The notes beneath the pieces are model-generated. The model saw nothing but the letters and a program-made list of their open reading frames with translations, was not told the origin of the DNA and searched no databases. Position numbers and translations under genes: made by a program. Shown one piece after another: positions 42,335-56,700 of a DNA stretch of 63,980 nt. Source of the stretch: Paraspadella gotoi (Eukaryota; Animalia; Chaetognatha); contig CM119269.1 of NCBI GenBank assembly GCA_051294375.1, forward strand, positions 8,367,245 to 8,431,224, read 5' to 3'. How positions within the stretch are numbered: position 1 is the first letter of the stretch; the number at the start of each line of letters is the position of its first letter.

Positions 42335-45321
42335 ATGGTCCGCTCCGTTAACATCGTTTTCGCCTCTAAATTCGTTGGATTTCCCAAAGAAACTGATTTT
42401 CGGTTTGAAGAAGAAAATTTGATGGAAGAGATATTGAAGAAGAACGAGATTCTCATTGAGACGATTTGTCTCAGGTGATTGGGTGATTAGTCTCGGGTGA
42501 TTGAGGATTAGACTTGGGTGATTAAACTAGGGTGATTGGGTGAATAGTTTATGGTGATTGGGTGATTAGTCTCGGATGATTGGGTGACTAGTCTCGGTGA
42601 ATGGGGGATTAGACTCGGGTGATTAGGTGATTTTCCTTCGGTGATAGACTGTAAAAAGTTGATTGGATGTCCGAAGTGTTTGGGTGATTAGTCTCGGTTA
42701 ATTGAGTGATTAATTAGTTTCAGGTTTGTGTTTTCGGAATTGATTGCTTTTCCGAGAATGGATTTTTTTTTCTCAGAGATCTGTCTCGGGTAACTGTGAA
42801 GTAGCTGTCCGATTAGTCTTACCCGAATAAAATATTTTCTTCCAAATGATTTATTTCACGGAATTCATTATTTGTTTCGGACGGAGGATTGACTCGTAAT
42901 TGATTTGACCCTAATGTTCATCTAATTTTTATTGCTGGGCATTTGGATTTTCTCTGCGATTTGGACACCAACTTTTTTTTTCCGGAATTAGTTATTCAGG
43001 GGAATTAGACGATTGTACGGGCCAAAATTGAACACTTTTTATAACTTCTAATTCTCTCAAAAAAATTTCTTTTTTCCTTCTATTACTAAATCGATTTTCA
43101 ATGCAACCTTTTGAATTAGTTCATTGGGTTGTTGCACTGAAGCTTTTAAATATTTATTAATATATAACAAATGACAAAATTTTTTTAAAAAAAAATTATT
43201 TTTTAAGAACGGATTCTTATAGAGCTTGAAAAGTTAAATAAAAGTTAGTACTACCATTTTTTAAAATTTTGACAAGAAATTGGTTAAAAACAAAAAAAAC
43301 CTTAAAAAATCATCATCATCATCATAATTAGCTGAATTTTATGGTTTTTTAAAATTTTTATCAATAAAACAAAAAAATTTTAAAAATTTGTATTAATAAC
43401 CTTTATCTAACTTTTAAAGCTCTATCAGAATCTATCAAAAAAAATTGAAAAATTCAAAAAAAATTTTTAACTTTATATAGTAATAAAATAATCTTTAAAG
43501 GCTTCCGTGCGCTTATTAATGAAATAATTTTTTAAAAATATTTTTTTTTTCATATTCTCTAACAGTTACTTTACCATTATTTATTTGAGAGAACTACTAG
43601 TTTTAAACCTGTTCCGGCCTAACGTGCATGTAATTAATTTCATTTGACCAACTCTGTGAGTTAGTTGAGTGACTAACAGTTTATTCCAGGTTTTTCTTTC
43701 CATCCGTCTCTTAATTCCATGTACATCTGTCCATTCGTCCCTTCGCAGCACGGATCCGTACGTCCGTTGCTTCGCCGGACTCATGACCTGCGATCAGCTT
43801 CTCGGCTCCGTAGTCATGGGGGAAGTCGTCGCGAGTGTCTTGGCTTCAAACTGCGACCGATTCCAAGTCGGAGAGACGATCCTTGCCAAATCCGGGTGGC
43901 GCACCCACGCCATCGTCAGCGGCGACGACCCCGGTCTGCGGCCTTACCCTTTAGCGGGCACGGGGCTGCCGCCCTCTCTGGCTCTCGGGGCCGTGGGAAT
44001 GCCTGGGGCGACGGCGTACATCGGGTAAAGAAGAAATACGGGGGAAAAAAGTTAATTTTAAAAGAAAAAAATTTATATATGTCATAGAGCAAATAAAAAA
44101 TATAATATTTCCAGGTTTTTTGAATTAACAATAAAGTCGAAATACCTGGGAAAAAATTTAATTTTTTTATGTTTTTGCACCGTTAGATATGAAATACACT
44201 CGAGTGTATTTTCCCTTTCTTTTCGTTGGTTTCAAGTTTAAGATGAAAAAGCTTTTCTTTGTTTTCACGAATTTTCAATGAAAAATCGGAGACATGTTCC
44301 CGTCTAAGTTTCACACCTTCATCAGTGTGAGGTGAAAATATACTCGTAAATTACAATTTTTTCTTCTCTATGCGTTCACATTGAGGATAGGATAAAGTGA
44401 TAAAAATAAAAAAAAGATAATCGAAAGAAAATCAAAGAAAAAAACAGCAGACTTAGCATCTTATGCATAATCTCTCTACTCTCGCCGGTTCTATCTTTAC
44501 TCCCCTCCTTCATCTCCTTCTCCCCCATCTCCCCCCCCCCCGACCCCAGCCTCCTCCACATCCTTTCCCCCATCCCAGGCGACGTCGTCCTCGTCAACGC
44601 GGCGTCGGGCGCCGTCGGCTCCCTCGTCGGTCAAATTGCTAAGATCAAAGGCTGCGTGGTTGTCGGCTTGGCGGGCACCGACGAGAAGGTCGACTTCTTG
44701 AAGACAGAGTTGGGATTCCACTTCGCCTTCAACTACCGGACCAACGACTTGAGCGCGGCCATTGACGCCGCCGCGCCGGAAGGTGTCGACTGCTTTTTCG
44801 ATAACGTGGGCGGAGATGTCGCTGCTATCGTCTACGGAAAGATGAAGGTATGCTTGGTATGCTTGGTATCCATTTCTGTTTCATTGAGATTTAACTTTAT
44901 TTTTTTATTTGTTTCACTTGATTGGTAATTTTCATATTGTTTTTTAAAACGCTAGGATGAAACAGCAATACTCTAACTCTGTAAAGCTACAATTGATGTC
45001 ATATTAAGGGTATATTTTATTAATCTTTTCTTAGGTGTATACGAGATCGAGCACTGTGACAATCAAAATTACAAAGGAATATTAAAAATTAACCGAGTTT
45101 GATAAACTATCAATATTAATTTTTAAAAAATATGTTTTATGAATAAACAACGACAAGAATAACAATAACATTTTAGCCTTACCTCTCCCTCAGCTCAACG
45201 GACGAGTTTGTCTTTGCGGCCGAAGCTCGAAATACAACGAAGTTGAACCTGAAAAAGTCCAGGATGTATCGGGTCCCATCATCTTCAAGCAGCTCAGGGT
45301 GCAGGGCATTGCGGTGAGAGG

Positions 45322-45359
<38 letters not shown>

Positions 45360-45764
45360 TTTATTGTTCGGTCTTTACTTATTTTTTTTTATAAAATTGG
45401 AACAACAAATTGATATAAAAATTTTCATTTCTTGTTCAGTTTTACAGAATTTTTCTATCATTTTTTCTTTTATTTCTATTTCATTTCTCTTTTTTTTTTC
45501 ATTCCTATATCACATTACAGAAGATCTAGAAACTCATTTCTTATTCATTTATTTTTCATTTCTATTTCATTTCCTCATCTACAGATCACCAGCTGGCCCC
45601 GCGATCAATGGTACGAGGCCTTCGAGTCGCTCGTCCAGTGGATCCAAGAAGGAAAGCTGAAGACCCGCGAGGCTTCGGTGATCGGAATTGAACGCGCGCC
45701 CAAACATTTCGTCGATCAACTCAGAGGCGCCTTCATCGGCAAGGCTATCGTCAACATGAAGTAA
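42335..45764 (+). CDS. PTGR1: Prostaglandin reductase 1-like (MDR-family NADP-dependent oxidoreductase). Exons 42335-42474, 43749-44024, 44550-44847, 45194-45313, 45585-45764 (337 aa)
   Basis: MVRSVNIVFASKFVGFPKETDF..LSTDPYVR..LGAVGMPGATAYIGLL..VLVNAASGAVGSLVGQIAKIKGC..GVDCFFDNVGG..GRVCLCG..IIFKQLRVQG..IGKAIV. All introns are GT-AG and the exons total 1014 nt in frame. AATAAA overlaps the stop. Confidence 0.95.
42467..42720 (+). repeat. Minisatellite (gtctcgggtgattgggtgatta) beginning at the PTGR1 intron-1 donor
   Basis: The unit resembles the junction tgtctcag|gtgattgggtgattag. Confidence 0.85.
43114..43529. mobile_element. Fold-back (palindromic) MITE-like element in PTGR1 intron 1
   Basis: gcactgaagcttttaaa is inverted as tttaaaggcttccgtgc. 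gattcttatagagcttgaaaagttaaataaaagtta is inverted as taacctttatctaacttttaaagctctatcagaatc. Confidence 0.75.
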
Positions 45765-46210
45765 TAAAGACAAAATTCGTAACGCTTTTTATATTTCGTC
45801 ACGGTTACAAACATATGGTCAAATTATTGCTGTTACAAGTAAGGTTGACTATAATTCATATTACATACTAACATACAAGATACATTGTGCATTTAATTCG
45901 TTACAGTTCATACTATATCTCTAAAGTGTAATCTCTAATGCAGTCAAAGATAAACTAAAGTTATTTTTTAAAAAATAGGCGGTTAATGATTATTTTTTAC
46001 TTAACTTACTAAGAAGATAAAATAACTAATGTTACCTAGGCTACTGTACTAATGGTTCTAAACTTGGCAATTGCAACAATAGAAAAATTATCAAGCGAAA
46101 CTAGGTGAAGATAAAGGGAAGTAGTTTTGCATGGAAAAAAGTTGTAAGTCTTAAAACCCATAAATAGATGTTAATTAGTATTAGTTAAATGTGTTGCTAA
46201 TTATTATTAA

Positions 46211-47381
46211 TTATTTCGGCGGAAGAAGAGACGCCCTTTTCTCCTCCGGCTTTGGACTCGCGCCCATCGGTCTGGAAAAAAAAGATATAATTGTTGTTTA
46301 CCTTTTTAAATATATTGTACGCATAGTTTATGGTATGTGTTATAGACAGTGTATATTGTTAAATCATTAGTAACGCGTGTCTGTTTAATTCAAGACGATA
46401 ATAGTGAAGGAAAGTATAATTAAAAATCATAATAACCTCGGTCACTTTTTTTAAAATGAAACTGTCACGGACGTGTCACGGAGATACATATGCGTGACAC
46501 GAGGACGAGCGTGACACTTATCCTTGGAGCGACGAGACTTACCCGTCAGCGCCGACTCACCCATCAGCACCAATGGGTCTAACGGTTAAGATCGAAAAAG
46601 AAAAAAAAATTTCAAATCTGCGTCTTCGAAAAAATAGATAATATAATAGAATAGAATGTAATAGAATAAAATAGAATAGAACATAATAGAATGAAATAAA
46701 ATAGAACATAATAGAATGAAATAGAATAGAATAGGACAGAATGTAATAGAATAAAATAAAATACAATGCAATAAAATAAAATAGAATACACTCTCGCCTC
46801 ATATTACACTATGAATTACTTGTTCCATGTCTCTTAACACAAACAGCATCATCACTCACTTGTTCCATGTTACTCACGACCACAGAGAACAAAATGACTT
46901 GTTCCATGTCACTCCAAAGCACAAATACCAGCACGACTCACTTGTTCCACGTCTCTCTCGGCCACATGACGTAATATGTGAATGAGAATTGTCTCGTCAC
47001 GAACTGATTTCTTTGAATCTCGAAAAGATTTTTTCTCGCCTCCAAATTTTTTTGCTTGATCTCTGCTTCGGTCAGCTGCTCCTTCTTGACTTCAGGGGGC
47101 GTGTCCAAAGCCGGCGGCTGAGGCTGGTTGAAGGATATCGGGTCGGTGGGAATTGGGTCACTTGTTCCATCTTGCTTGCCTTCTGTCCGCTCTTTCTGTC
47201 TTTCATATCTTTTTATTATCTTCTTTTTTTTAACCAGATTTTTTCCCCCTTTAATATGTATGTACCTACTTTTTTTCTTTTTTTCTTGTTGGTCTCGAAT
47301 ATTCGTTTTTTTCCTCTCTTTCTCTCTTTTTTTTTCTTCCTATTTTTTTTCTCTCTCGATTTCTAGCTTTGTTTCCTTCAT

Positions 47382-47425
<44 letters not shown>

Positions 47426-47437
47426 TATTTCTTTATT

Positions 47438-47480
<43 letters not shown>

Positions 47481-49789
47481 ACACCTCTTTGTCCAGCTCA
47501 GCTTCATCGATGCTGGGGAATTTCCTCTGCACGGCGGTTTCTCCATCAAAAGAATCCACGTGTTCGAAATCCACAGTTTGACTGAAAAATAATTGAATAA
47601 ACAATTTTATTAAAGATAGACACGAGCAAAAATTCAGCCTAATTTAAAAACAAGTTTAATAATGGAAAAACTAAATATATCTAAAGGACAGATCGAAACG
47701 TAGTTGAACATTTTAACTAATGTAAAAACAATCAACTAAATATATTGATATGTATACATTTTGAAGAATTAATCATTTTTGTTGATGTTACTAAAAACAG
47801 AAAAGATGAAAGTAACACTGGTCGCGACGTGCGACTTGAAAATATTTTAACTTTTACTTATATTTATTATCAGAGGATAATTAAATTTTCCAAAATATTA
47901 ATTATGTTTTTTTTAAAGAAATAGCAATAATTTTCATTTTGATTATTGTGTTTGTCGCGGATTGGTACAAATCGTATTAGTTTAATTCTAAACAAAAATA
48001 AACTGCTCTCAAAGGTAAGTGCGCGTGTTTTAAAATACTTACCTGTTCAGTTTTATCTTTAAGTAAGACCTTTTGTAACAATAGGACGAAATAATCTTTA
48101 TTAAATGCTGACGGTCTATTGTTAACTAATTTTTATATATAATACTTTGAGATGAGAAAAGTTTTAATGAAATTACGTTGTGAAAACAAAGAAAACTTTT
48201 CTCATCTCAAATTCTAAACCGACGAAAAAGAAAGGGAAAAAAATACTAACATAAAATACTTCAACTTCAACTTCAACTTCAAGGTTTTATTAATGATTAC
48301 TTTGAATAATTTGTATTAAAGTATTTTTAGTCATCAATACATTTCTCAATTCTTACCCTTTATTCGATTTTATGCTGACGAATTTTTCTTGTTTTTCTTC
48401 CCAAATTTCGTCGCCTTCAAAATCTCGAGTCGCAGCTGGGAATAAAATAAGAGAAGTCTTGACCTTGAATCTGATCTTTGCCCTGACGTATAGAATTTGA
48501 CCTTGAATCTGACCTTGGATTTCACCTGAGTCTTCATCTCTAGGCTTTATACTCACCGAGCATGTAAAACAAAATGTCTCAAAACATGACCTTCATCTGG
48601 CCTCTGACATTTTAGACCAGACCTTTTCTCAAAACGATCCCACCTTCGAGCTGACCTCTGACCTTTCTCAAAACGATCCCACCTTCGACCTGACCCCTGA
48701 CCTTTCCCAAAACGATCCAACCGTTGACCCGATCCCTGACCTTACCTTTCACCGCTGTCGTCGCTTCCAGAAAAACGTCATCCGAAATGAGAGATTGACT
48801 CGTCGGTTCAGAAGGCGGGGACTGTTGACCCGATGTCTGCTGACCCGTGGTTTGTTGATCAAACGTCTGTTTACCCAATGTCGGTTGACCCGAAGTCGGC
48901 TGACCCGTCCACGAGTCCACATCGCTTCCGGTGTCCCCCGCGCTTTCGGTCAAGTGACCCATTTCGGTCACGTGACTATTACAGGTCGTCTTCTTCCTTC
49001 CGGTCGCTCGACGTCCGACGTCGTCCGATTCAATCGACGCTGCCGCCGCGGCTGACGCTGCCGACGCTGATTGGCTGAAAGCGACGCCGCCGATGACGAG
49101 CGACGAAGCGTCACCGTCCGCGACATCGGATATTTTCGCCGCGCCAACCGACGCTGCGTCAACCGTTGACGCGTCATCAAATTCTGAGCGATGGCGACTT
49201 TTTTCCATGTTTCGTCTTCGTGAATTTGAAATGAGACTTTCCTGTCAATTATGATTAATTATCATTATTTTCGTTAAGAAAAGCTTCTTTTTTTTATTAA
49301 TTTCATTTATTTTCAAAAACTAGAATAAATGAAAAAAATTGTAAAAATGAGACAGACATTCATTTTGACCTACACTGGTTCTGTTCAAAGGCCACAACCG
49401 ATCATAAAAGTTTATTAAAAGAGATAGTACCTTTTTCTGTAACAAATTTTACTATCTTAACTCACTATATTTAATGAGAGACAGACAGACAGTACGAAAA
49501 AAGAAATACATAGGCGCTTTTCATTTTTAGGGATCAACAACTTTTTAACTTCACCCTGAATGCGAATGAGTTTGTTCTCATGATTCGTTGCCCTCTGCTA
49601 ATTACAAGCTTAAGAAAAAAGGGACAACGAACCTTCGTTACCATCGTTACTTGGTAACAACGATTAATGCTTTTCGTATGCGCGTCTTTTTTCTCTCTTC
49701 GCAAACTAGCGATCCTTTTTTTAAAAAACCGTCAACCTTTTCCACCACTGAGCTTCGAAAATATGGCACAAACAAGCCATTCTAATCTC

Positions 49790-49876
<87 letters not shown>

Positions 49877-49975
49877 ACATGTTTATTCCGGCACTTTATG
49901 TTTTTCGGTTATTTTTTCGTGTTTATTGTTCATTTTTTCTTTCTTTCTTTCTTTCTTTTCTTTCTTCTTTCTTCT

Positions 49976-50011
<36 letters not shown>

Positions 50012-50227
50012 TTTTTCCATTACTTTTTTTAGCATCTTACCGTGGACGCAGTCTCGCCCTGGTTCCTCTCTTCATTTTCTTTTCTATATTCTTCTCTTTT
50101 TTCCTCAGTTTTTTCTTCTCTATTTGCGCCACTTTGCATCTCCTCTGACTTTCCCCGGTCGCCGCTTCTTCTGTTTGAATCTCGGGTCTTACTGATCCGG
50201 CCGACCTGGCCGAGGAATGGAGAGAGT

Positions 50228-50292
<65 letters not shown>

Positions 50293-52903
50293 GTTAGAGG
50301 GGTGAATGAGCGGAAAAGAAAGGAGGAAGAGGTTGAAGAGAGGAAAACAGAGGAGAAAGGGGATGAAAGGAGAAGAGGAATAAGTGAAAAAAAAAGAAAA
50401 AAAGACAAGAGAGGAAAAGAGAAGTGAAAGGAAAAGGGGACGAAGTGAAAAAGAGGTATGAGAGAGGAAGAGGACAAAAAAGCTAGTTTAGAGGAAAGGA
50501 AGATGCGATGAAAAGAGAGGTTAGAAGGGATGAGAATCAGTGGAAAAAGATAGGTTAGAGGGGAAGAGAAGAAGATTTAAGAGGAGAAAAAGGAAAAAAA
50601 AAAGAGAGCGTTGTTATTGAAACATGAGGAGGAAAGGAAGAAGCGATGAAAAGAGAGGTAAGAAGGGATGAGAATCAGTGGAAAAAGATAGGTTAGAGGG
50701 GAAGAGAAGAAGATTGAAACATGAGGAGGAAAGAAAAAGACGCGAGAGGCCAAGTCGGAAGAAAAATAAGGAAAAGTGAGGGACTGAAAAAGTAAGGAAA
50801 AGTGATGGACTGAAAAAGTAAGGAAAAGTGAGGGACTGAAAAAGTAAGGAAAAGTGATGGACTGAAAAAGTAAGGAAAAGTGAGGGACTGAAAAGGTAAG
50901 GAAAGCGTCCACAAGCCGATCAACACCGAAACAACTTTCTTTCTCTCTGTAGTATTCACAAGAAAACGTATCCAATATCGTTATATACCACGTGACAACT
51001 GGCACCAAGCGAACGCCCCCCACAGAGTCACGATTGAAGAGCGCCGGGACCCGAATGACGCCGCTGACAATTTCCGGTTTGTTAAAAGACCCGAGGGGGA
51101 CAGAGATATTGGGGGCGTCGGAGTCCGGGTCGGCAAACGGTGCCGGCGCCGGTGTCCGGGTCGGCAAGCGGTGCCCGCGCCGGTGTCCGGGTCGGCGGAC
51201 GGAGCCGGCGACGACTGATTTAGTATAGTACTAGGAGAGTGACTTGGGAATTGAATTATCCAGCGGTCTTGGTGAAGAAGATTAGTGATAAGTATGTGAC
51301 AGTGAAGTAGTGATAAGAAAATGGAGAAAGAACTGAAAAATGGTAATTTTAGCATCACTGTTCATTCTTTTGAAGATGATGATGACAATTGAATTGGAGA
51401 CATTGCATGCCTTCCTTATTTCCTTTTCTTTTTTCCTTTTATTTTTTTCATTTTCTTTTTTTCCTTTTCTTTTTTTCCTTTTCTTTTTTCCTTTTCTTTT
51501 TTTCCTTTTCTTTTTTCCTTTTCTTTTGTTGATTTCGTTATTTCAAAGACTTAACCTTGACTCTTCTCGAAAATTCTCCCTCGATTTAAATTTTGTTTTA
51601 AATTTTTCTTTCGACTCCGAAAACTGGAATAAAATGGCGGCCAAATTGAATTTTGATAAATGGCGATTGGTGATTCTCTGAAGGAATGACGGGATGTTTG
51701 GTGACGTGCAAGCTGCGTGAACCGGTATACAATATCAACGGAATTTTTGGCACGGTGACTCAGCCAGTTAGAATCTGAGTTATGGTTCACAGAGTAACGT
51801 GAGTCGTGGTATATAACAAAGGCGGCAGCGGAAGTTGTGACACACCGAATTCTTAAGAGGTTGTGATAGAGGAAATCGTGTTAAGGGAGTTGTGACAGCG
51901 GCGGAAATGAGGAAACTGGGATCCGTTGCTTCCGATGCTTCGTTTCCTCTTGAGGGACGAATGATGGAAAATATGACGCACCATAAAAATGGAAAGGAGG
52001 AAAAGAAAAGTAAAGGGAGGAATGGAAAGGCAGGAAAGAAAAGGGAGGAAAAGAAAGAGAAGAAAGGGAGGAAATGGAAAGGAGAAAAGGAAAGGGAGGT
52101 AAGGGAGGGGGAATTAAAAGGGAGGAAAGGAAAGGGTTGAAGGAAAGGAAGGAAATAGAAAACGAGGGGAGAAATGGAAGGGAGGAAAGGAAAGGAATGA
52201 AAAGAAAGGAAGAAAAGAGAGAGGAAAGGAGGCAACGGAAGGGTGGGAATAGAGGAAATAGAAGGGAGGAAAGGAATGAAAAAGAAAGGAAGGGAGATAA
52301 AGAAGGAAAGGAAAGGGAGGAAACGGAAGGGAGGAAAGGAAAGGCTGAGAATGAAAGAGATAAAAAGGAAGGGAGAAAAGTGAAAGGAGGAAAGAGAAAG
52401 GAAAGGAGGAAATGAATGGGAGGAAAAGAAAGAGAGGAAAATGAAAGAGAGGAAAGGGAGGAAGAAATGAAAAGGAGGAAAGGGAAAGGGAGGAAAGAGA
52501 AAGGGAATAAAGTAAAGGAAAAAAACGAAAGCGAAGAAAGGGAAGGAAAGAAAAGATTAAAAAGCAGAGGTAGAAAGGAGCAGAGATGAAAACGAAGGGA
52601 AAGTATAACAAAAGAAGAGAGAGAAAAAAGAAAGAAACGAGAAGAAGAAGTAAAAGGAGGATAAAAGAAAGTGAGAGTGTAATTAAAAAAAGAAAAGGAA
52701 AGAGGAAAATAGAAACAAAAAAGACGAAACAAGAGGAAGAAAGATAACGAAAAAGAGAGTTATAAAAAGAGGAAGAAAAAGAATAAAAATAGTAAAATAG
52801 AGACGAGATAGAAAGAACTTCAAAGTTCGAGGAAGAGCAGAATAAATTGGCAGAGTCGACATATGTGGTGTATTTAGATTATCGGGTTTCGGGCGTCGAA
52901 AAA

Positions 52904-52966
<63 letters not shown>

Positions 52967-52968
52967 TC

Positions 52969-53000
<32 letters not shown>

Positions 53001-53718
53001 TTTCACGTGGACTTAAAATCGGTTGGGGCGCAACGATGCTATCTTTTTTCACTTGGCAACTTTAGAGAGACATACGCTCTCTCGGAGGACTTGGAAAGGA
53101 CGGGGCCCCCGTCATAACAAAGAAGAAAAAGGGAAAAAATAAAAGGAAAAATAAAAGTAAAGGAAGAGGATAATAATGATGAAATAGTAAAGTTGGCTGA
53201 GGAAAGGAAGGAAAAGAAGGGAGGAAGCGTAGGGAAGGAAAGAAGAAATGAAGGAAGGAAGGGAAGGAGGAAAGAAGGAAGGATGGAATGAATGAAGGAA
53301 GGAAGGAGGAAAGGAAATAAGAAAGAAAGGAAGAAGGTAGGACAGGAGGATAAAAAAAGGAAAGCACTAAAAAGGGAACAACACATCTAATAACCACTAG
53401 GACCATAATTGAATATGCCCGACCGGAAATAATTAAGGCAAACAAATCATCAACGAAGACTTTGATCAATTAACTTCGTCGGTTCAACTTGCACCCAGAG
53501 ACAACAACAACGACAACCAAAACGACAACAAGGAAAATGAACTCGGCGAAGTATGACGTTCAGATCCAGGTAATCTTTGTTTATATGAACTTTTGGTTTT
53601 ACTAACTACATGATCTGCGAGAGAGATCTGAGAGAGAGAGAGAGAGAGAGAGAGAAGAGAGAGGAGAGAGAGAGAGAGAGGAGAAGAGAGAGAGAGAGAG
53701 AAGAGAAAGAAGAGAGAA

Positions 53719-53782
<64 letters not shown>

Positions 53783-56700
53783 GAAAGAGATAGAAAGACT
53801 TTACAAATAATTCTTTCCTATTAATCTGACCCGATTCGACGAAGCATTGCGAGGAACTCGATCGAATCCGAGTCGCAGTAGTGAACTGCTTTCGCTGAGG
53901 ACGGATCGACAGCTTCGACTCCCGAGGGTGAAACGCCAACTGCAGTGCAAAGTTAACGATTGCGAGGCTCTGAAGTGATCTGTCATACACCATGAGTATT
54001 ACTCACCCAAATATTCTGTCCCTTCAAATCGATGAAATTTAAACAGGACATCTCTCGACCTCATTTTCCCAGAATAAGGGTTAGGGATAGGATTATAAAT
54101 TTAAAAATATATAATATATAAAATATATATATATAAAAATGGGCGCTCTGTGAAAACAGAGCCCATCTCTAGACCTCATCAGCAACTCAATCTTTCACAT
54201 AAAATTTACTTAACCCTAAACTCATCTTGTAGTCAATAAAATCAGCCACAAAGAGTTGTTATTATTCTCCCCACCCTTGACTCCAATCAATCCTTCAACT
54301 CTCCCACTCATGACTCATCCCTTCATCACCTTCCAACGCTTCGTCCACCGGCGCCTCTTTCTCTTCCGGCGTCGATGGCCTCGACTCTTCGACGTCGGGA
54401 GATCCGCTTCCATCGGCGTCGCTCTCGGCATCTCCGGCGCCGGACATCCCGGCGTTTCCGGCGGCCGGAGTCGGCGAGGCTCCTTCCGGAATGGCGCTCA
54501 CCGCCGTCGTGATTTCTGTCGGCGAATAAGAATTATTAGGGGAAAAAATGACAACTGACAAAAAGATCAATCGGTTAGCATTGACGTTTGTCATTAGATG
54601 ACAAGTAGGAGATGATTTTCAAAAGAAACTACAGATTTTCGTTGTGTAACTTTTAAGATTGAAGCAATATTGCATAGAAGATTAATTAAATATATAGACT
54701 TTTGACGCAAGGATCGCTATTATGGTCAAATAAATATCTAGTGAAGTCTAGAATTATAAAAATTGCAAGATTACTTGTTTCGCTATTTTACGTTTTAGAT
54801 TTTAAAGTATTACAAATATTTATTACAGATTATTTTATTTATTTGATATTTGTATATGTATATATTATGTATATATATTTTTAACATAATTAGTTCTTAA
54901 TAATTTTGGTTTTTGATAATCTGAATTCGAAAACTATTAAATGCGTAATCCGGCAACAAGATTAAACAGCGGGTATTCTGGGATTTAATTAAATATACTG
55001 TGAGAGAGTCTTGATTGAAAGCTTGCAGGGCAATGACATGTTATTATAATATAAGAGGGATGGAGTCCTTAACAAGCCTTAGACTGTTCTATTTAATAAT
55101 ATAATAATATATAATATAATATAATATAATATAAGAGGGATGGAGTCCTTAACCTTAGACTGTTCTAACTTCTAAGTCAGAGTCAGAATAGCTTATCTAT
55201 TTAATAAATGGATAATTTTTATATTGGTTGTACCAATTTTATACCAGCTTAAGATGAGGTGCAGTGACTTACAATAAGCAGCAACAAAGCGCAGAAATGC
55301 GCGGCCATAACAAGAAGCAACGGAGCTCAGTGCCGCGCCACCTAAAGCGGCAGCGGAGCGCAGTGCTGCGCGGCGGAGAATGAGATTCTCGCTCGATTTC
55401 TCATCTCCTTTTCCATCCAACACTTTTCCGCCCGATTTTCTCTCCAACTCTTTTCGTCAAAATCACCGAACAATCAAATCTCTCTCNNNNNNNNNNTCGT
55501 CTCTAAAATAAACTATGTTTGTAAGGTCTGAATTCAAAAACAATCCAACGATAGAATGCAACAACTTAAGCTTGCCCTAATAAAAATCCATTTATGCAGC
55601 GAAGGCCCCCATAGCTTTAACGGTTCGAAGCAAAGATGACAGGTTTATCATTAGCCCGAAGCATCGAAAAATAAATCCTCAAAAATCCTCGAAAAAAATC
55701 CTCAAAAATCCTCAATTCCTCCAAAATTTGCATTTCTCACAAAATGTTCCACATAAAGTGATGGAATTTTATGGATTTATTTCTTAAAATTTATTCCCTT
55801 GGAACTAATAAGGGTGAAAAAAAAACTGGCAAAAATTTAATAATGAATGTACATCCATTTTTTTTTAATTCGATATTTTATTTGTTGCGTCCACAATGCA
55901 TTCATTCAATCATTCCATAGTTAAGTTTTAAATTTATTCATTCATCTATTCATCCGTTCATACATTCATTCATTCATTCATTCATTCATTCATTCATCTA
56001 TTCATTCATTCATTCATTCTATTATTTAAATCATTAGTTCATACGTTTATTCATTAATTAGTTGCCTACTTAGTTTAGTTCATCATTCGTTTCCGAGCAA
56101 GCAATAAACCACGCGCCCTTCCTCCCCTCTCTCCGATTTGAGAAATTCCTTCTCTTTTTTTTTTTTTTTTGCTCCAAAAGGTCATCTCACCCCAGTTGGC
56201 ATCGTCCTCCGTTTTTCTCGGCCTCTTTCCTCCGCTCCTTCCTCCCTTTCCTCCCTTCCTCGCTCCGTGTTTGGCCGAGGATTTGCCGTCTCGATTCCTG
56301 GCGTGTGATTGGTCAGATTCCGAAGCGTCCTGACCAATGAGCGCCAAGGCTTTAGACTTCTCGTCCAGCAAGTTTGCCTGCGAAAGGAAGGAATTTTTTT
56401 TTCTCATGAATATGAGGCATTCGTCGTCGTCGTCGTCGTTGTTGTTGATGTTGTTCTGGCGATTGGCCAGTGATGCTTAATCTTAATATTATTCTTAATC
56501 TTAATCTTAATCTTACGCTTTAAGGTTTAATTTTTTTTAGACATCCGACATAGAATAAACATTGTTTTCTATCCCATGCGTTAAATTAAAGTATTAAAAA
56601 ATAAAGTATTGTAATACATTTTAAGATTTGGCTAAACCTAGTGAAATTCTCAACTACTTTAACACTGAAACTTTTTATTGAAGGAAAACTAAACTGATTT

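Noticed and set aside
54075-54220. TTAGGG/CCCTAA telomere-like words
   Set aside because: Isolated single copies, not arrays.
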